NCBI RefSeq assembly: GCF_006345805.1
Contig: NC_043001.1
Span: forward strand, 95,666,001 to 95,730,000
DNA from: Octopus sinensis
Lineage: Eukaryota
Direction: 5' to 3'
DNA: 64,000 nt
In this document: one piece after another, positions 11,532-26,985 of the stretch
Layout of the letters: each line of letters begins with the position of its first letter
Position numbering within the stretch: the stretch's first letter is position 1
Made by a program: the position numbers and the translations under genes
Notes under the pieces: model-generated
Database searches by the model: none
What the model saw: the letters and a program-made list of their open reading frames with translations, nothing else
What the model was told of the DNA's origin: nothing

Positions 11532-12108
11532 GACAGTTAAAATCAGAAACCATGAGAGCCACTACCTATTGAGTGAAAACGCAGTATATGCCATTAAAAT
11601 GACACTGACGTACAAATATATTAAGCTGAAGATACCCATCATGACTACCCGTCTAATAATGGAAAACCAGGCACATGCATCACAATCATATGTGCGCGAC
11701 ATGGTGATGTCATATCAAGATTAACAGCGCATGACTTTGCCAGTGGATCTCTGTTGTAAATTTCGTCAATTTGAGTAGCCCATCCAGCTCAAAATGTCGC
11801 CGGTATGTTTAAGCATAGTGAACGACACACCCACGTTTCCAAAGGTGAATTATCGAAACCCTAAATAATTCCCCTCAGCACATAGCTATCATGCTCACCC
11901 ATTACTTCTGCTCGTGATCTGAGATGCGTATATCGACAGCCACTAAGAAACTTGCTCAATTGGTTAAGGCCAAACAACAAGTAAATCTGTGGTATTGATC
12001 AGAATACTTGCTGTCGTCCAACTATTATACCAATAGAAATCAATGTACATAAAACAATCAGTTAAGATCAAAAGCCACGAGAGACACCGCCTGGTACTAT
12101 ATCAGGGC
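11532..12108. mobile_element. Unclassified repeat-like segment with about 30-bp direct similarity at both ends
   Basis: cagttaaaatcagaaaccatgagagccactacc (11535) resembles cagttaagatcaaaagccacgagagacaccgcc (12059). Abuts (ATT)n. Confidence 0.45.
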
Positions 12109-12679
12109 TTCGATGACTTAGCTCGAGTTTGTTGTATTCTTCAATTGACATAGAAGTAGAGGGAGTTAAGTACGTTACGTTACATGTGATCCTTTCCAAA
12201 ATTGTTTTTGCACTGAAGGAAACATACTGAGTTCAGATTATGGTACAAGACCAGCAAACTGGGAGTAGAGCTGAGTCGATTATATATATATAAGTGGCAG
12301 TTATTTTATCGCTGAAAAGCGGAATTTGAACTCAGAACGTAAAGGCGGAGTAAATTCCAAGAATTTGACTGGCGTTGTAACAAGGATATCAATCCGTTGC
12401 CCGAATGAAAGAAGAATACTGCGTTCCTATAGCGGGGATTTTTTTCTACTGGGTATTAACCGCCTTGCTATGTTGTTAATTGCTTGCTTTTAGATCACTT
12501 CTAGAATTGTGAGTATTGATTTTTCCTTATGATGTACATTCATACACGTATACATGCAAATGAAGAAGCTAGCAATGATAAATACAGTACAACCTAAAAG
12601 TCACAGGATTATTGTAAACTATAATAAAGTTTTTGCAATTAATTTTTATTTCAATTTCTTTTTTCGTTTCAGGTTATTG

Positions 12680-13400
12680 ACATGTCATTCTTGAAAAATA
12701 ATGATGGAGAAACTCATGTCAATGCAATGAATAAACACAATAGAATTTTATCTACGAACGCAACTGTGCTAACACAAATATCATATATTACTCATTTCTG
12801 GCGCAGACAGCCGCCATCTGAAAAAGGGAGCATTATTCAACTTATTTACAAGAGGTTGTTAATGGTATAAGGCTTCCGGAAAGGCGTCATTCAGGAAAGT
12901 ATCCTGACAGTATTCAGCGTGGACGATGGAGCATTGAAGAAGAGCCATCAATATCAAACCGAAAGTGAAACTAGCAGCTGAATGTTTCCCGAAGCTCACT
13001 GCAGAAGTTGAATTTATTCTCGCATACTGTGCCACTAGTGTTAGAACAGAAGCCAGCAGATTGACGAGTGCGATCAACTTCTGGTACCCAGATCTAGAAT
13101 TTTCTAGGAAAGAAGATAATTCCATTCACAAACACATAATTGGTCATGAGACGCACTTTCACGTAAACGCATTTTGAAAAAATAAAAAAAAATACCCGAT
13201 TTTCAGGTGACTGAAAACTCAAGAATATTTTACCAACGTGAACTGCATCCAGAAAACGTAATTGCTTGGTACGTGATTGGATAAAGAAGTATTGGTTCTT
13301 AGCACTTTAAGAGTGAAGCAATACAGAAAACGGAACTATAGTCACAGGAGAAAAAGTACCCGGATATATTTAAACATCCACGTCATGTAGAATAGAGAAT
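12680..13400 (+). pseudogene. Decayed Tc1/mariner transposase, rosa (DD41D)-like
   Basis: Across frameshifts: RRQPPS, IEEEPSIS, HETHFHVNAF (cf. SDEAHFHLNG), ENSRIFYQRELHPENVIAW (cf. ENP....ELHP.KVTVW) and TIVTGEK. Confidence 0.65.
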
Positions 13401-13504
13401 ACATTAGGCATATGGTGAAAGCAAGAATGCGCTGATACCCATAGAGCTTGCCGGCGAAAGGATCCATAATGCATAGGCTTGGCAAGAATACGATTTATAT
13501 ATAT

Positions 13505-13865
13505 GCGCGGATGTGGCTGTGTGATAAGAAACTTGCTTCCCAATCACATTATTCTGGGCTCAGTCCCAGTGCATGGCATCTGTAGCAACACTTTTCTACA
13601 ATAACATCGGGTCGATTTGATAGACTGAAATTGAAAAATAATATAAATATATATTGAAAGTTAATATATGTTTCACAGTTATTCCCTAAACATTTTCTGT
13701 GTCCGTTTTTTTATCATTCTCTTCTTTTTCCCACTTAATACTTTCTGCCGAAGGGGTTTCGCTCGTAACGTCAAAGAATTTTCCATTCTTCCCGAACGTT
13801 AACATAATACACCTGCTTCTTGTTTCTTCATCTGACTTTATCTTTTGTTTTCTGTAAATTTAAAC

Positions 13866-13896
<31 letters not shown>

Positions 13897-14165
13897 ATGT
13901 GTGTGTGCGCGCGAATGTGTGTGTGTATGTGTGTGCGTGCGCGCGCGCGTTTGTGTGTGTGTGATTTTGTGTATGTGTTTGTTCCCCATCATCACTTGAC
14001 AGCTGGTACTGGTGTGTTTACGTTCCCGTAACTTAACAGTTCAATAAAAGAGGCAAATAGAGTAAGTACTAGGCTTAAAAAATAAGTCCTCTTATTGATA
14101 TGTTTCACTAAAATTCTTGAAGGCGGTGCTCCAGCATGGCTGTTGTCAAATGATTGAAAAAGGAA
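13505..14165 (+). mobile_element. SINE family A interrupted at its internal (TA)n by a PLE terminal repeat (about 13645-13870)
   Basis: SINE head at 13505-13640 and tail at 13960-14165. The insert resembles 18440-18632. Confidence 0.7.
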
Positions 14166-14275
14166 CACAGGAGTATATGTATGGTATAAAAATATATATA
14201 AACCAGAGTAAGCATATAAATGCGAAACAAGGTGGAAGAATAGTACTCGAATACCGGAGGTAGAGCAATATACTT

Positions 14276-14318
<43 letters not shown>

Positions 14319-14779
14319 ACGTCTGTGTACATACATAAAGATGTAAATGACAGAGATAATTTGATGAAATGTTATTTATTAAGAAAATTCTGATATCACG
14401 ACAAATTGTTTCGTAACTTCAAAACACGAAACTAATTTAAATAATTATATTTAATAATAAATAAATTACAAACATGCCTGCATTAATGCAAAATGCAAAA
14501 CATCCTTCAAAATAATGGAGAATTACAGATACGTATTAATTTCTAATTCGAAATTAGCATGTTAATCTAATGCATCTCCCATACGGTGGCGAGTATCGTC
14601 ACCCATGTCAGTTAAAATAGAATATGTAATTTTTGGTGGTGAAAGATAATTTGACTCCCATTTCTAGCAAAGCGGTTGCCGTTCGTCACTTTTAGTGACT
14701 GTGATTTATTTCCTTATACACACACACACACACACCACACACACACACAAACAAACAAATAAACGCACAAACACACAAA

Positions 14780-15224
<445 letters not shown>

Positions 15225-15806
15225 ATATGTATGTACGCATATATATATATGTGTGTATATATACACACATATACATATATGTAACATACATTTGGCAACT
15301 TTTCAATTTGATCAAGTTGCGCATCTTGTTCGCAAATATTCCACAATGGATTTACGTTTGGCACTTATGCATTAAATAAAACACCAAAGCTTCTCACTCA
15401 TACCGTTACTATATATGAATAACAACTCTGTTGTCTGAAAAACAGAACTCTGGAGAAAATAAATACTTTTGTCGTGTCAGATATTACGTAACAAAACTAT
15501 ACATGTCATTGCTATTACATACAACTATCTGATGTCCGATATTTCCATGATTATTAAGATGTAGATCACATTCCAGTTATGTCCACTTGTGTATTTCGTA
15601 GTATTTCGTTTTGTCAACTACATGTGCTATAGAAAGAAAAGTGTTACACTAATAAAATTTTGAACTTTTGTCATTTGTCATCGAATTCTATTCACTGATA
15701 AAGAAACTCACACATGCACGCACACGCACACATACAAATACAAACATATACTTACATATAACCTACATGCATGCATACACACACTCATATATGTGTATAT
15801 ATATAT

Positions 15807-15861
<55 letters not shown>

Positions 15862-15934
15862 CAGTTATGTATGTCAACCCTCAGCTGTAGCCATACTTCG
15901 TTTTCATGTGTATGAGTCTCTGTGTGTGTGTGTG

Positions 15935-16003
<69 letters not shown>

Positions 16004-16008
16004 GAAGG

Positions 16009-16059
16009 AGCTTCTACAGGACTAGAACTGTTTCATTCAAGAGAAATCTTCAGGAAGCT
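16009..16059 (-). ncRNA. Type-I hammerhead ribozyme at the end of a PLE-like 3' UTR (about 16003-16300)
   Basis: agcttc-CTGAAGA-t-ttc(tctt)gaa-t-GAA-acag(ttctagtc)ctgt-A-gaagct. 6-bp stem I, 4-bp stem III, GUA site. Confidence 0.8.
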
Positions 16060-16663
16060 AGTTAACAAGAATTGTATTGGCATTTATACATTTAGGCAGG
16101 TTTAAAGGGGTTTTGGTGGGGGACTTTTTGGGGGTAGGCATAGCGCAAAATATCATACTTGGGGGAGTGGTCAAGGAGTCAGTGTTAAATTAGATAGAAG
16201 AATAAATTTAAAAAATTAAAAAATATATAAAAAAATATATAAAAATATATATAAAAAAAGGGAATAGAGTTTTAGGTAAATAAGGAGATTCTCACTTATA
16301 CCTATGCACATATGTATACATATATACACACACATAAAACATATATACATATACATACACACATACGTACACACACACATATATACATATATATTCACTT
16401 ACACATACATATACATATCTACACATACACATATATGTATACATACACACACTCACATGCATACACGTATACACACATGTATATATACACACACGACCAC
16501 ACATACATATACACACAGAAAAATATATATACACATACACACACATACTCACATACACGCATACACACACATATCCACACACACATATGCACACACAGCA
16601 CACTAGTCCCTATATACACATATATACACATACACACACATATACACACACATACATATACAT

Positions 16664-16723
<60 letters not shown>

Positions 16724-17099
16724 GTGTACCTATGCATACCTACACATACACACATATATATACACATACAAATACAGACCCATTCCCTAATTTTAATTTT
16801 ATTATCTTCATTTATTACTTTTGTTATCTTTGATCGCTGGTCACAAACATCTTGGCTATGACAGCCAGTCCATTTATCTGTCTACTGGAAAACAAGCACT
16901 CATTTACTCACGCACACTCTTTAGCACGTACACTCACTCATTCGTACACTCATACACATACACGCACGCACGCGTTATATTCATACATACATACATCTAC
17001 ATACCTTCACGTATATACACATACGTACGCGTACCTACAGATTCATGTCTACACTCTTAGAAGGCTAGTCTATACATATACACCAATAAATATAAATAC

Positions 17100-18632
17100 A
17101 CGACCCTACCTCTCCAACGCACCATTCTTCGAGCTTTCCGTCATCTCCAGTCCGACCCGTCCACGTCACACCTCTTCCCTAACCGACCCCTCCCCTCTTT
17201 CAAACGAGCCCACAACCTTCGAGACCTTTTGGTCCATAGCTCCTTCCCTGACACTACCTCCCAACCCGGCTCGTTCCCCTGCTCCCGCCCACGTTGCCGC
17301 ACTTGCCCTTACCTCTCCAACACCACCCGCCTCACTAGCACCCACCATCGACCCTATCCCATCATCCACTCCTTCACCTGCACCTCCAGCAACATTATCT
17401 ATTGCATCTCATGCTCTCTCTGCAATTCCTTGTACATCGGACAAACGGGACGCCGCTTGGCTGACCGGTTCGCGGAACACCTTCGTGACATCCACCTTGC
17501 GAACGACACACCGGTCTCACGCCATTTCCGCTCCACCGGTCACTCCTATCTGTGTTCGGTTTGTCCTTACACAGAGGCCATCCGGATTCCCGTTTGCGCC
17601 GTGAACAGGAATTAATCTTCTCTCTTCGCTCTTATACGCCATTTGGTCTCAACTCTCCCCCCCTCCTCATCTAACCCCCCTCTCCCCCTCCTCACCTATC
17701 CTTTCCCCCCGACCCCTACTTCTTCAGTCCTTCATCCTTTCACCCCTACTCACCTTCCCTTCTTCCCTCTTTCTCCCTCCCTCTTCCCCTTCCCTCTGCT
17801 CCCTCTCTCCCCTTCTCTCTCCCCCTCTCCCTCTTTCCCCCTTCATCCCCCTCCCCCATCCTCTCCTCTTCCCCCTCTCCTCCCCTCTTCTTCCCCTCCC
17901 ATTCTCTCCCCCCTCTTCTCCCCCTCCCCCTCTTCTCCTCACTACACCACATGACTTTACACATCACATCACATATGATGTGCCATACTAATACACACAC
18001 CAATTAATACATACTAATACGTACTAATACATACTAGTACATACTAATACATACAACAACCCTATACATACACACGTCCAGACCCCGCATACGCACTTAT
18101 ACTCTCTCATACACAAACACACACACTTATACATACCAATACGTACTAATACATACTAATACATACTAATACATACACCAACCCCATACATACGCACGTC
18201 CAGACCAATCCTACGCACTAATACTCTCTCATACACAACACACACACACACACACCCCCTTATACATACTAATACATACACCAACCCTATACATACACAC
18301 ATCCAGACCCCTCCTACGCACTATTAGCTGGTCCCTCAACCCTTTTATCAACCCTATTATCTCCCCTTATTTCGCTCTCGCGTCTCATGTTTGATCTTTG
18401 ACCTCTGGCCGAAATCAGATCGCCATGTTGATTCGTTAGCTACTGCACGCATTTTTTTTTCTCTCCTTCTTTCTGTGTTTTTCTCTCTCTGTGTATCTTT
18501 CTGTTGAAGAGCGTAGGCTCGAAACGTTAAAGACTTGTTTTATTTATATTTCCTGAGCGCCATACTAATACAATTGTTCGTTTGTTTTCCACCTGCCTTC
18601 GTCTTTTGTTTAATTTCATAAAGCTTCCCGTT
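17100..18632 (+). mobile_element. Penelope-like element, 5'-truncated (GIY-YIG, pyrimidine tract, terminal repeat)
   Basis: PCSRPRCRTC...FTCTSSNIIYCISCSLCNSLYIGQTGRRLADRFAEH at 17229-17615, C/T tract at 17640-17945, terminal repeat at about 18300-18632 ending at (TA)n. Confidence 0.9.
18496..18533 (+). ncRNA. Variant-core hammerhead-like motif (CUGUUGA)
   Basis: tcttt-CTGTTGA-a-gagc(gtag)gctc-GAAACGTT-aaaga. Homologues at 13741, 24499, 45522 and 61111. Confidence 0.55.
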
Positions 18633-18823
18633 ATATATATATATATATACATCATTTCCTGATCTGACTCTCATGTCTATATTCTTCTAACGCCTCGAGT
18701 TGGAATATCTTGAGCATTTCAAGTACGGCATATACATCTATACATTGGAAAAACATTTGCGTTTCCTTTTAAAAACATTTTTTCTCATTTAAATATAACC
18801 ATATATATATATATATAAGCATC

Positions 18824-18865
<42 letters not shown>

Positions 18866-18945
18866 ATATATATTATATATATATGTATGTATGTATATAT
18901 ATCTGTTTGTGTGTGTATGTATATATATATATATATATATATTAT

Positions 18946-18981
<36 letters not shown>

Positions 18982-20350
18982 ATATATATATAATATATAT
19001 ATATATATGTATATATTTACAAATAATTATATATATGTATGTATGTATTGGTCTTCGTAATTTTCCATGCGTTAACCAGGATTTTGATATCAGTGTTACT
19101 CTGTCTTGAAAACTGTCCTAGTCAATGACCGCTTATTTGTGCGCTTCTGGGCTTTTGCTTAACAAATTTATACATCGTGAATGTTGTTGCTGTAAATTTT
19201 TCCTGTTAATTTCGGAAGATTAAATCATGGTTTTTAAAATAAAAAAGAGTGACTTAATAAATGCCATTCATAAATATAGAATATTTTTTATAAAAATCGG
19301 TAAAACATTTCTATATCCATCATACTGGAAAGCATCGCAAGTGATTTTGAGGATAAAAGCTGTAACGTTTACAATGTGCATTGTGGTGCATGATATCAAT
19401 TTGAAATAAACGGGAAAAGAATATACTATTGCGGGAAAAATAAAAGATAAATAGTATGTGTAAAGCTACTCAGACGTTTATTTGTTAAAATAATGCAGTA
19501 GTAGAATAAATCAAATTGAAATCACATTAATCGAATATATGATAGTTCCAAAGTTTTACAGAAGAAAAAAATAATGAAAAATGATGATCAAAAGAGCTGA
19601 AATTAAACATAGTTCCAAAATGTAATGCTCTGGAATAAATCGAAAGAAAGAAAATGCAACATTCAAAGCATATTAACAAGATTTGATGGAAAAGAAAATG
19701 CAGTAAAGTAGAAATTTTATTATGGTAAAGAAATCAAAAGTCTAAATAAAATATAACAAATAATATTCATGTGAAGTTATTCTGAAGTATATTACTGGAA
19801 TAATTATACAGGTAATTTTTTTTTCATAAATATGTACAATATTGAATACGAAATTATAATTGATGTATATTACTATATAATAATTTAAAGAAAAGTAACT
19901 GATATGCAATTACAATTGAATACGAATGGTATTTCAACGTACTTTGGTTCATAACTGGACACATGGAAAGTACTCCCGACTGTACAAATGATGCATATAC
20001 GTAACACACTGGAGCTGTCTTGATTATTGCTTGCACCAAGAATATTTGTGACGAGAATTACAATCAAATATGGTTAAATGTTGTTAAGATGTTCAGCAAC
20101 ATACACCCGATTCACAAAGCACAACTTTCGGATGTGAAATATGAATATGGGATGAATAGGTCGGCAAAAATAGTATATGTCCACAAACTCACTCACATAT
20201 CATTTTTTTCCATTTATGATGGTGATATGTCACTCTTTCTCTCTCTCTCTTTCTCTCACTCTCTCTCTCTCTCTCCCACTCTGTTGTTCTTTCGTATTAC
20301 CTGTAACGCTCGCCTGGGGAAAATATATGCCAATATTTAGAATATGTTAA

Positions 20351-21025
20351 AGCGGCGAGATTGCACAAACGTTAACGAGCAGCGCGAAATGCTTAGCGAT
20401 ATATCCTCTGTCTCTACGTTCTGAGTTCAAATTTCGGCGGGGTCGCCTTTGCCTTTCATTCTTTCGGGATGGATAAATTAAGTACCAGTTGCGTACTGGA
20501 ATCGATTTAATCGACTGCCTCCTCTTCCCAAACATTTTGAGCATTTTGCCTAGAGTAGAAATGAATATTTAGTATATTTTTTTTCATTCGGTGAGCGGAC
20601 AGGATCCTAAACATGCCGGGTAGAAATACATACCGCTTTTTGGTACTATGTCCTTCTTTGCGCTCTGAGTTCAAATTCCGACGTTGTAGACTTTAATTTT
20701 CTTTTATTTCAGTGTCGGTTAGTTGAGTATTGGGGGGTCGATGTAATCAACTTACCCTCCGACCGAAGTTACTGGTCATGTACCAAATTATGAAATCAAC
20801 ATTACACACATTCTAATGCGGCAAGCTGCCAAATTCGCTCGCACGCAGGGGAAAATGCTTAGTGATACTTCGTCCATCATATATTCTGAGCTCAAATTCC
20901 ACCGAGGGCGACTTTGCTGTACATTATTTCAGTCTCGATGACATAAGTACCTTTGAAACCTGTGATCGATGTAATCGACTAACCCCTACCCAGAATTGCA
21001 GGCCTTCGCAAAGTTTGTAACCATT
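20351..21025 (+). mobile_element. Three consecutive SINE B copies (about 20351-20565, 20589-20800, 20817-21025)
   Basis: Each has ctgag(t/c)tcaaatt, a gactttg-like core and the gatgtaatcgact motif; the copies are mutually diverged. Confidence 0.8.
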
Positions 21026-21166
21026 ATTACGCATAATTGACAGTAAAATTGTGATATGAAAACAAATGTTGTGCGTAGAAACATGTTTGTATTCTAATGT
21101 AACTATATAGTAAAAGAATTTGACCCATGAAAAAAAATATCCCGAAAAAATATTTCTTAAACAATA

Positions 21167-21329
21167 GGCGTAGGAGTGGCTGTGTGGTGAGTAGCTTGTT
21201 TACCAACCACATGGTTCCGGGTTCAGTGCCACTGCGTGGCACCTTGGGTAAGTGTCTTCTACTAGAGCCTCGGGCCGACCAAAGCCTTGTGAGTGGATTT
21301 GGTAGACGGAAACTGAAAGAAACCGGTCG

Positions 21330-21361
<32 letters not shown>

Positions 21362-21594
21362 GTATGTGTGTTTGTTTGTCTGTCTGTGTTTGTCCCCCTA
21401 GCATTGCTTGACAACCGATGCTGGTGTGTTTATGTCCCCGTCACTTAGCGGTTCGGTAAAAAGAGACCGATAGAATAAGTACTGGGCTTACAAAGAATAA
21501 ATCCCGGGATCGATTTGCTCGACTAAAGGCGGTGCTCCAGCATGGCCGCAGTCAAATGACTGAAACAAGTAAAAGAGTAAGGAGTAAGAGTAAG
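21167..21594 (+). mobile_element. SINE family A, best full-length copy
   Basis: tRNA-like head (tggctgtgtgg A-box, ggttcagtgcc B-box), internal (TA)n(TG)n, LINE-like 3' tail and (GAGTAA)n end. At least 7 copies in the window. Confidence 0.92.
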
Positions 21595-22239
21595 TGCAGA
21601 TACGTGTAACATTTGACGCTTCTTTAGCAAACACACGCACATACACACATACAAATATATAAGTATATCTTCCATTATTTCATGCATAGAAACTTGGAAA
21701 CATTCTATAAGCTGTATATATTTCCTTCACCCTAAAGTAGTGTAGCTACGTGTTCTATAGAGCGCCTAATTATACTGTGAAAGTACAAAATGAAGTAAAA
21801 TTAATCAGCAGAAAACACGAAATCATGTTGTCACAGACTCAAGACGTCTGGCTACATAGATACGCTAGGATAAGTAAATTAGAATAATAAGCAACTGTGA
21901 TATTTGCAGAGGAAAATGTTCTTCTCTTCAACGAAAATACAATGGTAAAACCCAAATAATGATAAAATCCACTTATAAAGAAAAGCATAAATCTCATCAA
22001 TAACGAATCAACTCACCCAAGGAAATGAAAGAGAAACAAGTATAAAAGAAATATATTACAAATTAGGAAATAGTTGTCTGAACACAAGATCTATGATTAG
22101 AATCATGAAAGGATTTTTATCAAAAGAGATTTTTTACTCTAAATGGTTTTCTGAAAAACTATAATATCGAGGAGCAATAGGTACAGTACCAATAACATCA
22201 GAGACAGAATAACTGGAAATTCCAAAAAGTAAATACATC

Positions 22240-22485
22240 AGTCGCTTCTATATAACTCGGATGCGTAAAATGCCCGAGGTCCTTGAACGAGTTCTCACCA
22301 GCGATCCTTGTCCCTCATCATCACTGCTATGTCCTACGTCTCCCTGAGACCAGCGTCTTTTCCTAGGACATCAACATATGTTATCCCCGGTCTTCCTCTT
22401 CTAGTGTGTCAACGTAAGGGTTGCAAAAGTGTCGCTGAGTGCAGTTTCAACTCTGAATGGTTGTGAGTAGGTCCGGCTAACATCA
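22240..22485 (-). mobile_element. RTE/RTE-X LINE 3' fragment
   Basis: Minus strand: LAG...HSEL...RRGRPGITYVDVLGKDAGL...MMRDKDRW, a typical RTE C-terminus. Confidence 0.7.
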
Positions 22486-23690
22486 TACTATAACGTAATT
22501 ACACTATAATACAAATACCTCTTGAATGTGACATGTCAAATACCTGAACAACCCCCCCCCCCACACACACACACTACCTCGCACTTGCATATTTCTGTAG
22601 ATAAATGGATAGACAGACAGATATATATAGATAAATACATAGATAGATACATAGATATATAGATAGAGAGATAGAGAGAGAGAGATGTATACGTAGATGT
22701 ACGTAAACATATATACATCGATATGTTTGTGTCGTGTGTGTGAATGTATAAGCGTATGCATTATAAAAAGAAAAAGCCTATAGCCGTGTACATATAAATA
22801 CGAGGCGTGTATGAAAACTGCTTATCCTCAAGCAAAAAAACATAGTACAAGGCTTCAAGGCTGAAAGTCCTTCAAGGCTCAAAACTTTCCACACATCTCT
22901 CGTTTGTGCTGATCGCTTTACACAAGCATGTTTCGATCTACAGAGAAGTACATCTTTTCATTTATACGAGTATATTTCAAAGTTTATCAGATGAAATGCA
23001 TTTCCATTATTTAAGTTTTTTATGTGAAAATCTAAAACGAGGCGCAGGACAAGAGCAATACTATTAATTATATTACATATTTGCCATAGTTAACTTATGG
23101 CCTCAAGACGACAATTGGAAAACAACAACACCTTTAGTGATGAAGTAATTGGGAATGAAATTTGATTGGTGATTACTATAACAATATTGTGTAAAATTTA
23201 TAAATTTATAGATTATTTAAGTAACGTGTGACTTGGAAACCTCCAATTTCTAATTAAAGAAGAGCATTAAGTTCGTATTACAATGGTTCGATGTCGTTCA
23301 ATATTAATGACCTCACTAACACTTCTGACAGCGCTTCATCGAACTCCAAGAATATTCAGAAGAGACGGGATTCTTTTGTATTAACAATACACACGAACAA
23401 ATATATGTGTGTGTGCGCGCGCGTACTTTCGTGTGTGTATGTATGCGTGTCTGTGCTTGTGTGTGTGTATGTGTGTTTATATTTGTTCATATTTGCTAAT
23501 GTGTGAGAGTGCGTCTACTGGGGTTTCATGTTTATGGCCTCGTTCCCGATATTCCCATGCAATTTTTAGTTTTAGCACCATACATATAACAGACACATAC
23601 ACATGCGCGTATACACACATATATATCCACATACATATACATAGATATATTATGTAAACATATTCATTTTCTATATACGCATATGAATTA

Positions 23691-23722
<32 letters not shown>

Positions 23723-24296
23723 GTGTGTGTGGTGTGTGTGTGTGTGTGTGTGTGTGCATATACATGTATATATCTAAATGTATATACATACATACGTACC
23801 ATAGATGTGTATCGAACGATTCCTTTGATCATATATGTTTACTGGTGAATATGCATATATTACTTCTTTGAAAGCTTATAGATTTCACTAATTAAAGTAA
23901 TTGAATGCCAAGCATAATATTTAATTACTGTTATGTTTGTTTTTTGTTATAATTATTTCTTTTATATTTTAGTAACATTTGCATCAAATGAACTTGAATT
24001 ACAATAAAAGCCAAATATACATGAAGCATCGTCAATTAATTTATATCCATTTTTTAATTAATATAGGTGACCGAAATAAACTCAAAGTTGCTTTCCTTTC
24101 TTCATCAATTATTATGTGTGTATGTGTATATACGCTTATGGCTGTGCATGTATGCCATTCTTGTTATATGTCTTACCATATATTCTTATTCATACTCTCT
24201 TTATAGCTCGATTCTAGATGGTTTCTCCGTGTCTTCACCGATTCTCGAATAAACTTAAGTACGTATGAAATTATATGTGTGTGTGAGTGTGTATGC

Positions 24297-24343
<47 letters not shown>

Positions 24344-24409
24344 TATATATACATATATATGTATCTTACCTGTGTCTCTGAACATACATGAATGCATATA
24401 TATATATAT

Positions 24410-24439
<30 letters not shown>

Positions 24440-24440
<1 letters not shown>

Positions 24441-24633
24441 TGTTAGATCGCTAGCCACTACACTATCTTTATTTTCCCTCCTTGTTTCTTTTTGAGTTCT
24501 TATCTGTGGAAGAGCGTGAGCTCAAAACATTAAATACTTTTTCACTTCCCGAGGGTTATACTAATGTATCCGTTTGTTGTCTACACCACGTTTCTTCGTA
24601 TGTTCTTTCTTGTTTTTTTTTCTGAATTCTCCC
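24440..24633 (+). mobile_element. Solo PLE terminal repeat (family of 18440-18632)
   Basis: Colinear similarity, variant hammerhead core, (TA)n on both sides. Confidence 0.75.

Positions 24634-26985
<2,352 letters not shown>

Noticed and set aside
12672-12870. Strong splice acceptor followed by a 62-aa ORF
   Set aside because: Better explained as the N-terminal part of the decayed rosa-like transposase.
16852-17604. 250-aa Pro/Ser/Thr-rich ORF
   Set aside because: Alternative frame over the C-rich PLE GIY-YIG region plus microsatellite.
18000-18320. Short repeats with spacers (atactaatac, ccctatacatacacacgtccagacc) as a CRISPR-like array
   Set aside because: Irregular low-complexity minisatellite in a PLE 3' UTR; spacers are not unique and the context is eukaryotic.
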